This document shows positions 25,833 through 35,374 of a stretch of DNA of 51,308 nt, piece after piece (position 1 is the first letter of the stretch; every line of letters starts with the position of its first letter). A program made the position numbers and the translations under genes. The notes below the pieces were generated by a model, which did not search any database, was not told the DNA's origin, and was given only the letters and a program-made list of their open reading frames with translations. Source of the stretch: a virus. Lineage: Duplodnaviria > Caudoviricetes. The DNA lies in IMG/VR virus record IMGVR_UViG_3300020045_016833, positions 1-51,308 of that record; one strand, 5' to 3'.

Positions 25833-27353
25833 ATGGCAAAACTTACAGATGATGAAATAAATGAACTAGATCTACTTTTAACTCAACGACGAGCCGATGA
25901 GTTAAAAGCTAGTTTATTCGAATTTGTAAAAGAGTTTTGGGATGTAATTATTACAGATGAATATGTTCATAACTGGCATATTGAATTTATGTGTGATGAA
26001 ATTCAGTTAGTCGTTGATAAATATGTTCTGGAAAGATCGCCGCATATTTCAAATGACAAATGGTACGAAGGAATAACCAGTAATATTCAAAAAAACTTAT
26101 TATTTAATATTCCTCCAGGAACTTCCAAATCTACAATTACATCTAGGATTTTGCCTGCTTGGATTTGGGCGGTTGACGATTCCAAAACCGTAATGACCAA
26201 CACGGTTTCACAAACCAACGCAAATGAATTTTCCTCAAAATCTAGAGATATTATTCAAAACGAAAAGTATAAAAATTATTTTCCTCATGTAAATATTAGG
26301 TATGATGTAAGTGCTAAAACGTTCTACCAAACCAAAAAAGGAGGAGTTAGGTTTTCATTTTCAACCAATGGATCAGTTACAGGGAAGCACGCCAGTATTT
26401 TAATTGATGATGATAGAATGGATGTGAAAATAGCAGATAGTCCAGCCGAAAGATTAAGAGCTATAAATCAATTCAAGGCATTTCAGACAAGAAAAAAGGA
26501 CAAGGCAAAAACCCCCTATATTTTGATGGAGCAGCGGCTTTCTAATAAAGATACAACTGCACACTGTTTGAATGTATTCAAGGATGAATGCAGACATATT
26601 TGCTTACCAGCAGAAAATGTCTATAAAAACATTGAGCCAAAAGAAATTGAAAAATTTTACATTGATGGTTTGCTGGATCCGGTTAGACTAAACAGAGATA
26701 TTCTTAAATCAACCCGTATGGGATTGAGTGATGAATCGAAGCCAATATCTGAAATCGCCTATAACATCCAATTCAATCAAGTATCTGAAACAGTTGAAGG
26801 ATTACTTTATGGAAAGTTAAATTTTGTAAAATCATTACCAGAAAGTAGAGATGGTTCAATTCGATATTCCTTCACTGATGTTGCTGACACTGGAAGTGAT
26901 TATTTTGCTACTCCATTTATGGAAATCAATAAGAATAAAATATACGTTTTTGATGCGATTTACACACAAGAACCAAGCGGCATCACTTCTCAAAAAATGA
27001 AATCAAAGATTGAACAGCATGGTAGTGTAGTGAATAAAATTGAAACCAATAATCAAGGAAGCGTGTTTGTTACATTACTTCAAATGATGGGTGTAAATGT
27101 TTCAGGCTATTATTCCTCTGGAAATAAAGAAGAGCGCATAAGCGCATGGGCGCAATTCATATCATTCATCTATTTTGTAGAACCGGACGAAAACAGCTCA
27201 ACGGAATACCGCCAATTTATCAAGCATTTACAGTCATACCCAAAAATAGGAAAACATGATGATGGCCACGATGATGCTGAAGATGCAATTACCGAAATGC
27301 TAAGGTATATCTGGACCAATTTAAGACACTTATTTATGAATCAAAATCAATAA
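25833..27353 (+). CDS. terL: Terminase large subunit
   Basis: NWHI, NIPPGTSKS (Walker A), ILIDDD (Walker B), MEQRL, DVAD..HDDAED nuclease motifs. Confidence 0.9.
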   Translation: MAKLTDDEINELDLLLTQRRADELKASLFEFVKEFWDVIITDEYVHNWHIEFMCDEIQLVVDKYVLERSPHISNDKWYEGITSNIQKNLLFNIPPGTSKSTITSRILPAWIWAVDDSKTVMTNTVSQTNANEFSSKSRDIIQNEKYKNYFPHVNIRYDVSAKTFYQTKKGGVRFSFSTNGSVTGKHASILIDDDRMDVKIADSPAERLRAINQFKAFQTRKKDKAKTPYILMEQRLSNKDTTAHCLNVFKDECRHICLPAENVYKNIEPKEIEKFYIDGLLDPVRLNRDILKSTRMGLSDESKPISEIAYNIQFNQVSETVEGLLYGKLNFVKSLPESRDGSIRYSFTDVADTGSDYFATPFMEINKNKIYVFDAIYTQEPSGITSQKMKSKIEQHGSVVNKIETNNQGSVFVTLLQMMGVNVSGYYSSGNKEERISAWAQFISFIYFVEPDENSSTEYRQFIKHLQSYPKIGKHDDGHDDAEDAITEMLRYIWTNLRHLFMNQNQ

Positions 27354-27381
27354 ATGATTATCCATATAAAAACTAAAAAAG

Positions 27382-27645
27382 ATGAAAAAAGTAATAATTA
27401 TTGGTTCTGGACTATATCCTATTCATTTAAAACACTGTATCGATATTATAATCAATGATGAAAAAAATAATAAGGAGAAAACATTAAAAATGTCTTTTGA
27501 GTATTTAGCTTCTAATGCAGAAAGTACCAAAGAGGCGATTAATAAGTTTGTTGAATCCATGAAACAAGCAAATTTTAAGAAATCATTCGAACCAGAGCCA
27601 AGTAAGTTCATCAGTAAACCTAAAAACAATTTTAAAAAACGATAA
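27382..27645 (+). CDS. Hypothetical protein
   Basis: ORF. Confidence 0.55.
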   Translation: MKKVIIIGSGLYPIHLKHCIDIIINDEKNNKEKTLKMSFEYLASNAESTKEAINKFVESMKQANFKKSFEPEPSKFISKPKNNFKKR

Positions 27646-27646
27646 A

Positions 27647-27784
27647 ATGACAGCAGAGGAAAAAGAAAAAATTGATTATAAAATTCAAGCAAAAATAAAG
27701 GCCAGGAATAAAGATATAGGAGATTGGGGATGTGCTGGATTATTAGCCATACTATTTTTTTTGTTTTTACTAATTATCGGATAA
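27647..27784 (+). CDS. 45-aa membrane peptide (MTAEEKEKIDYK...WGCAGLLAILFFLFLLIIG)
   Basis: Hand translation. Confidence 0.5.
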   Translation: MTAEEKEKIDYKIQAKIKARNKDIGDWGCAGLLAILFFLFLLIIG

Positions 27785-27814
27785 ACTTCAATCAATTAAA
27801 ATAAAAAAGCGGAA

Positions 27815-27836
27815 CCTGAAAAGCTAATGAGTAGGG
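27815..27836 (+). promoter_or_regulatory. GAA/AGUA hairpin RNA motif (second copy)
   Basis: CCT-GAA-AAGC-TAATG-AGTA-GGG, same pattern as 23425-23452. Confidence 0.45.
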
Positions 27837-27858
27837 AAAATAAATAATAATAAATATT

Positions 27859-28083
27859 ATGCCACAAGTAAGAGCAAAATTTGTTTGTGAATCTGTCACA
27901 AACTAGGAACACAGTAAAACTGCAAAATTAAGAGCGGTGTATGGAACTGCGGAAGAAAACGCAGATTTCACAAAATATACTCCAAATGGAAGCATTGAAG
28001 TATCAATTACTAATGATGCTCCGGCCGATGGAGTGTTTGTTCCTGGTAAAAGCTATTTTGTAGATTTTACAGAAGTAGAGTAA
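27859..28083 (+). pseudogene. 74-codon phage gene interrupted by an in-frame TAG at 27904-27906
   Basis: MPQVRAKFVCESVTN*EHSKTAKLRAVYGTAEENADFTKYTPNGSIEVSITNDAPADGVFVPGKSYFVDFTEVE. Confidence 0.75.
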
Positions 28084-28100
28084 TTAATCTCAATTATTGC

Positions 28101-28132
28101 AAAAAACCACATTAGAAATAGTGTGGTTTTTT
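28101..28132 (+). terminator. Intrinsic terminator before the portal operon
   Basis: AAAAAACCACA...TGTGGTTTTTT. Confidence 0.65.
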
Positions 28133-28146
28133 TATGTAATCGCTTC

Positions 28147-28189
28147 TTATTTTTATTTAGACTAAATAAAAATAATTTCATTACATTTG
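28147..28189 (+). promoter_or_regulatory. 29-bp palindrome (Fur-box-like) plus -7 box of the structural operon
   Basis: TTATTTTTATTTAG-A-CTAAATAAAAATAA at 28147-28175; TACATTTG at 28182-28189. Confidence 0.65.
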
Positions 28190-28207
28190 TTGAAACAAAA
28201 TTCATAT

Positions 28208-29401
28208 ATGGGCTTCTGGGAATCTTTAAGGACATTTAGATATGGGATAGAAACTAAAAATGATTCTGTCAACGGCCAGCCTGTACAGATGGAAATTGAT
28301 GTTTTTGGCATCGGAAGTAATGACAAAAAAACATTCTACTCCGATTCTACAAAATTCGTAAAGCTTCAAAAAGAAACATTTGTCCTAAACAATGTGTTCA
28401 ATAAAATTGCCAGTAAACTATCCAGTGCGCAATTTATAAGCGAGTCAGATAATAGTGAAATATTAGATAAAATCAATAATCCCAATGATTCGCAGTCTAA
28501 AGAAGAATTTTTAAAAGAGTTCGCTGTCTTTTTATTGTCTTCAGGTTGGACAGCTATCTGGAAAAAATATAAATCATTTGGGAATTTCAAAACTTTAGAG
28601 CTGATCAATTTAAATCCGGATAATACCGATATAGGTAAAATCAATCTAACAACTGAAATAGATGGAAAGTCAGAAACGATATTGTTGACCGATGTCATTT
28701 TATTTTATGACAGTGTTCGAAACAACAAAAATAAAAAGGGCTATTCAAGAATTACGCCTTTAAGAACGCAGATAAATAACATTAAAGATGCGCAATTAGC
28801 TAAAGGTATTCAAATTGAGAATTCAGGAACTACCATAGTTTCACCAAAACAAACAGCTGCCGGAAATAATATAGATGAAGGTTTAAATGCACCGGTTCCA
28901 GTTATGGGAGGTGGTTTAAAAACTCAAAGAGAGGAAATGGAAGATCGATTTAGCAGTCGAGGCCTAATAAATAGAATCATTGTTTCATCAAAGGGATTGG
29001 ATGCCAAAAACCTTTCTGCTGAATTAAATACAGTTAAGTTTCATGAGATAGTTGAAACTGATATTCTCGCAGTTTATGATGCTTATAACTTCCCAGTTGA
29101 ATTAAGTCCATACGGTAAGAATGCGACTTTTGAGAATAAAGAAGTTGCTGAAGTTGGCTTAATAGAAAATGAAGTATCTCCATTAGCTGAAAATCTAGTC
29201 AATTCACTTAATGCCGAATTTCCGAACAAGAAACCAATCGATGTTGATTTTAATCATTTGAATTCAATGTCAGTAATTCAAGAAAGAATTCAAAAAACAA
29301 ACGGAACCACGATTGATCAATATGGAACTTTATTTGACAAAAAAATTATAACTGAATCAGAGTACAAAGAAATATTAAAATCTAAAAAAATATTACTATG
29401 A
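28208..29401 (+). CDS. Portal protein
   Basis: Position after terL; INNPNDSQSKEEF, KGYSRI, ATFENKEVAE, ENEVSPLA patterns of HK97-like portals. Confidence 0.8.
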   Translation: MGFWESLRTFRYGIETKNDSVNGQPVQMEIDVFGIGSNDKKTFYSDSTKFVKLQKETFVLNNVFNKIASKLSSAQFISESDNSEILDKINNPNDSQSKEEFLKEFAVFLLSSGWTAIWKKYKSFGNFKTLELINLNPDNTDIGKINLTTEIDGKSETILLTDVILFYDSVRNNKNKKGYSRITPLRTQINNIKDAQLAKGIQIENSGTTIVSPKQTAAGNNIDEGLNAPVPVMGGGLKTQREEMEDRFSSRGLINRIIVSSKGLDAKNLSAELNTVKFHEIVETDILAVYDAYNFPVELSPYGKNATFENKEVAEVGLIENEVSPLAENLVNSLNAEFPNKKPIDVDFNHLNSMSVIQERIQKTNGTTIDQYGTLFDKKIITESEYKEILKSKKILL

Positions 29402-29535
29402 GTTTAGATAAAAAGTTGCCAACTGATGCTGACAAACTGAAAGAAGTTGCAGCTAAAACAGATAATCCTCAAATGAAAAGAGCGATTGAAAATAGATTAA
29501 AAACAGTCGGAAACGGCCAAACAATAAGAAAATGA
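29398..29535 (+). CDS. 45-aa hypothetical protein (MSLDKKLPTDADK...)
   Basis: ATGA overlaps on both sides. Confidence 0.55.
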   Translation: MSLDKKLPTDADKLKEVAAKTDNPQMKRAIENRLKTVGNGQTIRK

Positions 29536-30347
29536 GACATACTATAAAACAGTTTCCAGATAAATCTTTTACAGATAAAATGGATATGATCCGTTTCATG
29601 CAAAAAAACAAAGAAGAATTATTTGCTGTTAAAAAAGCTGAATACAAAACAAAATCAGAACCTATCTTGAAAGGAAGTGTTTTTGTAAAAGAGTTTCAGC
29701 CTATTATAGAGGATATTACAGGAGATTTTATACAAGTTAAAACTATCATTAATACTACAAATATTATTGATAGTCACTTGGATTTACACATGCAAAAAAT
29801 GTGGAATAAAACCGTAAAAGACAATCCTTTTAGCCATCATTTAAAATCACATAAAGCAGATTTTGAATTTGTTATTTCGGATAAAGCAAAATCTTATAAC
29901 GAAGTAATGAATTTTCTTGATTTGGGATTGTCCGTTGACATGGAAATGGATGCTAATATCAATGAGTTTATAATGGAAAGGAAAAAACTTCCTTTAATGT
30001 TTGATGCTTACCGAAATGGAGAAGTTAAGCAACACAGTATAGGAATGACCTATGTTAATTATGATTTAGCTTATTTCGATGAAGATTCGCAAAAAGAAAT
30101 GGATTTCTTTAATGAAATGAAAGCAAAGGCTATAAATCCAGAAGTAGCAGACGAAAACGGATATTTTTGGGTTGTTTACGAAGGAAAAAAACGGGAAGGT
30201 AGCGCAGTTGTATTTGGAAGTAATTCAATAACTCCAACGTTATCAGTAAAAAATTATGAGCCGCCCACAAGCACTCAGAAGCACGAGCCGCCCACAAGCA
30301 CTCAAACCGAGAAACAAGAAACATTTATTAACTCAAACATTTACTAA
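29532..30347 (+). CDS. Probable prohead protease
   Basis: IIDSHLD, QHSIG, REGSAVVFGSN; between portal and capsid. Confidence 0.7.
   Translation: MRHTIKQFPDKSFTDKMDMIRFMQKNKEELFAVKKAEYKTKSEPILKGSVFVKEFQPIIEDITGDFIQVKTIINTTNIIDSHLDLHMQKMWNKTVKDNPFSHHLKSHKADFEFVISDKAKSYNEVMNFLDLGLSVDMEMDANINEFIMERKKLPLMFDAYRNGEVKQHSIGMTYVNYDLAYFDEDSQKEMDFFNEMKAKAINPEVADENGYFWVVYEGKKREGSAVVFGSNSITPTLSVKNYEPPTSTQKHEPPTSTQTEKQETFINSNIY
30258..30304 (+). repeat. 20-bp direct repeat GAGCCGCCCACAAGCACTCA x2
   Basis: 30258-30277 and 30285-30304 (EPPTSTQ x2). Confidence 0.85.
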
Positions 30348-30349
30348 TT

Positions 30350-31666
30350 ATGTTTAAGTACAAAAACGAAGCCGAATTAAAGGCGATGACAGAAGCTGAA
30401 AGAGATCAGTATTCTACAGAAAAAAGAGAGCATGAATCAAAACTTGCTAAAGAAGCAGCTAAAGAAGCAGCTAAAACAGCTGTAGAAGAAGCTACAAAAA
30501 CTTTGAAAGAAACTGTTGAAACTCAAAAATCAACAATCGACACTTTAAAAGAAACTGTCGAAGCTCAAGGAACTAAGATTGTTGAATTGTCAAAATCAAC
30601 TTCTGAAGGTAAAATGGATTCTTTGGAAAACATTTTCAAAGAGAAGTATGATGAAGCCGTTTCGGGTGAATCCCACACGGTAAAAGAAGGATTCTCAATT
30701 GATACTTCAAAAGCAATTGCATCTACGGATGTTATGTCAGTAAATACAATTAACAGTACTGATTTTCCTGCTGCAGGATCTACTGGAGTTGTTGGAGCAG
30801 GAGTTCAAACTCTTATGGGTAGATTGTTAGGATATTTTGGTTACAGAAGTCCAGCATCTAAAATTCTTGATTTGGTTGATGTTCAACCAATGGATTCAGC
30901 TACTTTGATTGTTATCAATGAAACCGTAACAGGTACTGCTGAAATCACATCAGAATGTAAATTGAAACCAATTGTAAAAGAAACTTTTGCAACTCAAGAG
31001 AAATCAGCAGAAGCAGTTGCTGTTATGTGGTTTACTACAACAAAATTGAGAAGATTCTTTCCGGCATTGGTTAACCGTATGGTTCAGAAATTCTCAGAAT
31101 TGGTTAATGATAAATTGCCAAATGTTGTTTTGGATGCAGTTAAAGCCGGAGCATCTGCGTTTACGCCAGTTGCTGCTTTAGCAATCAATACCAATCCAAA
31201 CAATTATGATGCTATGGGAGCTGTGATTGCAACTATTGAAAACTTAGGTTTCAATGTAACTGCTTTTATGATGAATCCAATTGCATGGAGAAACATGAAA
31301 CAAGAAAAGAATGCTGACGGTGTTTACACTCTTTCAAACGGCCAGTCTGTGAACATTCTTCAAAACGGTTTAGACTGGGGTGGTGTTTATATTCCAATAA
31401 TTAAAGACTCAACATTAGGAGTTGATGAATTTGTAACTGGTGATATTTTCTCAACAGTAAAGGTTGGAGTTGATAGCATGTTGATGTACATGGAAACTGA
31501 TGGACGTACTGATGCTGTTGCATCAAATGCAGCTACTGGACTTTCAAGAAACATCAGAACCCACGTATTGGAGAAATTCTTTGCGGTGATCATTCCGGAT
31601 GCAACTAAAATCGGATTAGTTAAAGATACTTTCACAAATGTGAAAACTTTAATCACAGCAGTTTAA
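30350..31666 (+). CDS. Major capsid protein (HK97-like, coiled-coil delta domain)
   Basis: Position, coiled-coil N-terminus, TSECKLKP, MMNPIAWRNMKQEKNADGVY. Confidence 0.85.
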   Translation: MFKYKNEAELKAMTEAERDQYSTEKREHESKLAKEAAKEAAKTAVEEATKTLKETVETQKSTIDTLKETVEAQGTKIVELSKSTSEGKMDSLENIFKEKYDEAVSGESHTVKEGFSIDTSKAIASTDVMSVNTINSTDFPAAGSTGVVGAGVQTLMGRLLGYFGYRSPASKILDLVDVQPMDSATLIVINETVTGTAEITSECKLKPIVKETFATQEKSAEAVAVMWFTTTKLRRFFPALVNRMVQKFSELVNDKLPNVVLDAVKAGASAFTPVAALAINTNPNNYDAMGAVIATIENLGFNVTAFMMNPIAWRNMKQEKNADGVYTLSNGQSVNILQNGLDWGGVYIPIIKDSTLGVDEFVTGDIFSTVKVGVDSMLMYMETDGRTDAVASNAATGLSRNIRTHVLEKFFAVIIPDATKIGLVKDTFTNVKTLITAV

Positions 31667-31674
31667 ATAAATCT

Positions 31675-31703
31675 AATCCTACCCTTTAATGGGTAGGATT
31701 TTT
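31675..31703 (+). terminator. Intrinsic terminator after capsid gene
   Basis: AATCCTACCC...GGGTAGGATT + T run. Confidence 0.75.
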
Positions 31704-31726
31704 ATCCATCTAATAATTTAGAAATT

Positions 31727-32065
31727 ATGTTCAAAGAAAAAACACAAGAAGAAATTGCAGCATTGAGTCCTGAAGAATTGAAAGCCTACAATGCTGAAAA
31801 GAAAGCACACGATGCTAAAGTTGCAAAAGATGCTAAAAATGCAGATAAAAGCGCCGGAGCTGTAAAAGAGTTTTATGACAAAAAAGGAGCTGAAACTCTT
31901 GAAAATTATAAAAAAGGAGGTTCTGCTACAACTGTAAATTTAACTAACAAAACGTCGGTTGAGTTCACGGAAGACTTTGGTTTCTTCAAAAAAGGTCAAT
32001 CTCAAGAAGTTTCAGATGTGGCGTTAGCCATTTATGAAGGCAAAGGAGTAATCAAAAAACTTTAA
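31727..32065 (+). CDS. Hypothetical head-associated protein
   Basis: Position; N-terminus resembles capsid N-terminus. Confidence 0.6.
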   Translation: MFKEKTQEEIAALSPEELKAYNAEKKAHDAKVAKDAKNADKSAGAVKEFYDKKGAETLENYKKGGSATTVNLTNKTSVEFTEDFGFFKKGQSQEVSDVALAIYEGKGVIKKL

Positions 32066-32078
32066 AAAAAACTAATCC

Positions 32079-32684
32079 ATGTTCACGAGACTATCTAATT
32101 TTTCTTATGGCAATTATCAAATTGCAAATCTAACTGCAACAGAAATGAATGTAGACACTCAGCTCTTGATTCAAATTCAAAAGTATGAGACAGAATGTTT
32201 ACAATTATTACTTGGAGCAAGTTTGTATGATCAATTCATGTCACAATTAGATTTAGATGGTCTGTATTGGAAGTTGAAAGATGGCGTTGATGCAAAATGG
32301 GGATGGCTTTTAAACGGCAGAACCTACGAAAGCGACAGTATATCAACTTCTAAAAAATGGAATGGATTGGTTAAAAAAGTAGCAGTTATCCAAGAAAAAG
32401 AAGTATTTGAATCATTAATGGCTTCCTATATTTTCTTTCAATATTCTCTAAATACTAGAACTTTAAACACTGGTGCTGGAGAAGCTAAATTAAAAACAGA
32501 TAACACTACTCAGGAAAATTCAAAAAACAAAAGAGTTGATGCCTGGAATGAATTTGTACAATGGTCTTATTATGGAATTTCAGAAACTAACGTTTCACTA
32601 TATGAATTTCTAAATACTCATACAACTGAATTTGGAGAAATACATTTTCCTGCTTTAAACACAATGACCTACTATGATATTTAG
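32079..32684 (+). CDS. Putative head-tail adaptor
   Basis: Position; LLGASLYDQF. Confidence 0.55.
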   Translation: MFTRLSNFSYGNYQIANLTATEMNVDTQLLIQIQKYETECLQLLLGASLYDQFMSQLDLDGLYWKLKDGVDAKWGWLLNGRTYESDSISTSKKWNGLVKKVAVIQEKEVFESLMASYIFFQYSLNTRTLNTGAGEAKLKTDNTTQENSKNKRVDAWNEFVQWSYYGISETNVSLYEFLNTHTTEFGEIHFPALNTMTYYDI

Positions 32685-33171
32685 CCTACCTCCTGCTTTA
32701 ATAAAAACCGCTAACATGGTATCGCACAATCAAAAGCAAGTTGCTTATAGTTGGGGTAACACCAATGCTTTGAATAAGTGGATTGAAGCAATGAACAAAA
32801 AGCAAGTAGAGAGCATTTTAGGAATTCAAGGGAAAACAAAATACCCTTTGATTTGGTTAGTGGAGGGCTGGGAAAGTTCAGAGATCATCTCAGGTTACAA
32901 GTTTGAGAGAGTTGTTTTTTGGATTTCATGCAATTCTGATGTTTCAACATTAAACGAAAACAGAGATTTCTCTATTCAGTACAAAGTTGCAAATGACTTT
33001 ATTGAAAAATTAAAATTAATAGCGAGAATTGGGGAAGATAGTATTAAGTGGTCAGAACAGTCGAATGTATCTACCAATAAAGAATCTAAACAATCTGATA
33101 TTTGGGATAGTGTAATTCTAACCTTAGATATTGTCATCTTTAAAGAAAGCATTAAAAACTTATATTATTAA
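32674..33171 (+). CDS. Putative tail terminator/neck protein
   Basis: Position; KYPLIWL. Confidence 0.5.
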   Translation: MIFSLPPALIKTANMVSHNQKQVAYSWGNTNALNKWIEAMNKKQVESILGIQGKTKYPLIWLVEGWESSEIISGYKFERVVFWISCNSDVSTLNENRDFSIQYKVANDFIEKLKLIARIGEDSIKWSEQSNVSTNKESKQSDIWDSVILTLDIVIFKESIKNLYY

Positions 33172-33187
33172 TTAAAAATTTTAGATC

Positions 33188-34051
33188 ATGCCAATATTAG
33201 TAGAATCAAATAAAGCTACCGCTACAGCAAGAAATACGGGTGCCAACGGTCAAGTGTTGGAAGGTCCTGTGATTAAGTATGCAGTAGCAACTACAGAACA
33301 AGAGTTTGCGAGTGTATCTGCTGCAAAAACATTAGCTACATGGAAAGCAGATGTAGCATTAAAGAAAATATTCCCTTTCTTCGAATTAGAAGAGTTAGCG
33401 ATTGGAGATACAGCCGATACTAAATTTGAAGGAAACAAAAGCTACACCACAGCCTTTGGAGAGAAAATTAGAACTTTCAATATGATGATTGGTTTACCTT
33501 CTCATAATGCGGTGAGTTCTTACAATGGTAAAACCATGCGCCTGTATGAGTTTACCGATAAACAAGAGATCAAAGCGATATCTCCTGATGGTATCAAGGT
33601 AAAAGGTCAGTTGGTAACAATTGAAGTAGGTAAACGTATTGATGCCTTGAAAGACAAACCAGCCTACACTCCTGTAATTTTAAAATACAAGGATTTTAGA
33701 GAGTTTGAAAACGATGGACATATTTTAAAACCAGAATGGAGTCCGGTTGTTGAAGTAAAAGGTATTATTGATGCAGTGATTGAAGTAGTATCACACTCAG
33801 CAACTTCTGTTAAATTCAAAGTGTTGGAAAATGACACTAAAGATCCTATCACTTCATTGGAAGATGGAGATATCTTGTACAAAACAGCAGCTGGAGTAGC
33901 TATCGAAACTTCATTCGTAATCCCTGATGCAAATGGGGTGTATGAATTAACCGGTACTGGTTTTGTAACTGGAGACGTGTTGAGTGGTAACGGTGTATTG
34001 GCTAAAGTGGAAGACTCTTATGAGGTACTTGATGAAATAGCAACTGTATAA
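33188..34051 (+). CDS. Putative major tail tube protein
   Basis: Position, size, beta-rich C-terminal extension. Confidence 0.65.
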   Translation: MPILVESNKATATARNTGANGQVLEGPVIKYAVATTEQEFASVSAAKTLATWKADVALKKIFPFFELEELAIGDTADTKFEGNKSYTTAFGEKIRTFNMMIGLPSHNAVSSYNGKTMRLYEFTDKQEIKAISPDGIKVKGQLVTIEVGKRIDALKDKPAYTPVILKYKDFREFENDGHILKPEWSPVVEVKGIIDAVIEVVSHSATSVKFKVLENDTKDPITSLEDGDILYKTAAGVAIETSFVIPDANGVYELTGTGFVTGDVLSGNGVLAKVEDSYEVLDEIATV

Positions 34052-34055
34052 CATT

Positions 34056-34262
34056 ATGCAAAAGTTAACCTATGACGGAATTACATTCCGTGAAAATTAC
34101 GACAGCACTTTTGAAGTGTTCAAGGCCGAATTTGAAAACACACATGTGTTTAAGAAATTCCCAGACAAAGAAAGATTGGTAAAACTAAAAGAAGCATTTA
34201 AAGTGGCGACATCTAGAACTGCAGATATTAAAGTCAAAGATGCGAAAGTAGTTACCAAATAA
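34056..34262 (+). CDS. Hypothetical tail-region protein
   Basis: ORF. Confidence 0.6.
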   Translation: MQKLTYDGITFRENYDSTFEVFKAEFENTHVFKKFPDKERLVKLKEAFKVATSRTADIKVKDAKVVTK

Positions 34263-34286
34263 AAATATAATAACACCGTATTGAAT

Positions 34287-34325
34287 AAGAGGTCAAAATC
34301 AGCAATGGTTTGACCTCTTTTTTTT
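34287..34325 (+). terminator. Intrinsic terminator
   Basis: AAGAGGTCAAA...TTTGACCTCTT + T run. Confidence 0.7.
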
Positions 34326-34334
34326 ATAAAACAC

Positions 34335-34784
34335 ATGGCAAACTTTGAGCAACAGATAGAAAAAGCAAAGCAACTGAATCCGGATAAGATTTCTAAAGCC
34401 TTATTTAAGTTCATAAGAAGCATTGAAAAGCAAATTCTGGATAAAAACAAGGAGCAGCTTTTTGAAAATAGTCAGGACATACATGGTCAGGCGATTGGAT
34501 TTTATTCGTATGCCACTGAGCTAATCACCAAAGGAAGAAAGAAAAAAGGAGAGCCTTTTGACGGTAAAGAATCAGGGGATTTGTTTAAGCAAATGTACAT
34601 GCAGGAAGTATCCGGAGTAATTCGTTTTGGTTCAAGATCTCCACACTATGCTGATATCCTAAAGTCAAAAAGCTGGTTGTCTAAAGACATTTTAGGACTT
34701 ACAGATAAAAACCTTAAAGAATTAATCAAAACAGAACTTTTACCCTTCATAATTACTCACTACCGAAAAATATTAGAAATATGA
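34335..34784 (+). CDS. Putative tail completion/morphogenesis protein
   Basis: NKEQL..ESGDLF..ILGLT pattern, position. Confidence 0.55.
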   Translation: MANFEQQIEKAKQLNPDKISKALFKFIRSIEKQILDKNKEQLFENSQDIHGQAIGFYSYATELITKGRKKKGEPFDGKESGDLFKQMYMQEVSGVIRFGSRSPHYADILKSKSWLSKDILGLTDKNLKELIKTELLPFIITHYRKILEI

Positions 34785-35371
34785 CCTACAAAACCTTAGA
34801 AACTACGCCATACAAAGTGATTTTGAAAATAGTCAATGATCCTGTTTCAAATCTTCATTTGCTCACAGATGATGAGAATCCTGATATGGAAAAATTAGGC
34901 GGTATTTGGATCAATATTTTCGAAGAACTGATTGAATTAGACAGCAATAATACTTCAGAAGAAATACTGCATATAGAGCGTGAAATTTCAGCCTTAAAAT
35001 GCAAACATGACTTTATACAATTATCTCTATTGGCTTTAGAATTTGATTATGATGAGGAACTGGCCAACATACTCCGAGGATATGGTTATACCATTACAAT
35101 TGAAAATTATTACCCTGATTTGGAAAAGGTAAGACGAGAGAGTAAAGCCATATTAACCACCGTCAAGAAATACGAAAATAAACTACCAAAACAAGAAGAA
35201 GGAGAGGATTTTACAAAAGTAAATATTGATGAAGTATTGGCTTTTTACTGTACTGTTTTGGGAGGTTTAGACTTTGATTACAATACCGTTTCCTACACCA
35301 AAGTAATGGCATTGCAAAAACAAGTTTCTGAAAAGATAAAAGCAATCGAAGAAAGTAACCAAAAAAATTAA
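34781..35371 (+). CDS. Putative tail assembly chaperone
   Basis: Immediately upstream of tape measure. Confidence 0.5.
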   Translation: MTYKTLETTPYKVILKIVNDPVSNLHLLTDDENPDMEKLGGIWINIFEELIELDSNNTSEEILHIEREISALKCKHDFIQLSLLALEFDYDEELANILRGYGYTITIENYYPDLEKVRRESKAILTTVKKYENKLPKQEEGEDFTKVNIDEVLAFYCTVLGGLDFDYNTVSYTKVMALQKQVSEKIKAIEESNQKN

Positions 35372-35374
35372 GCG

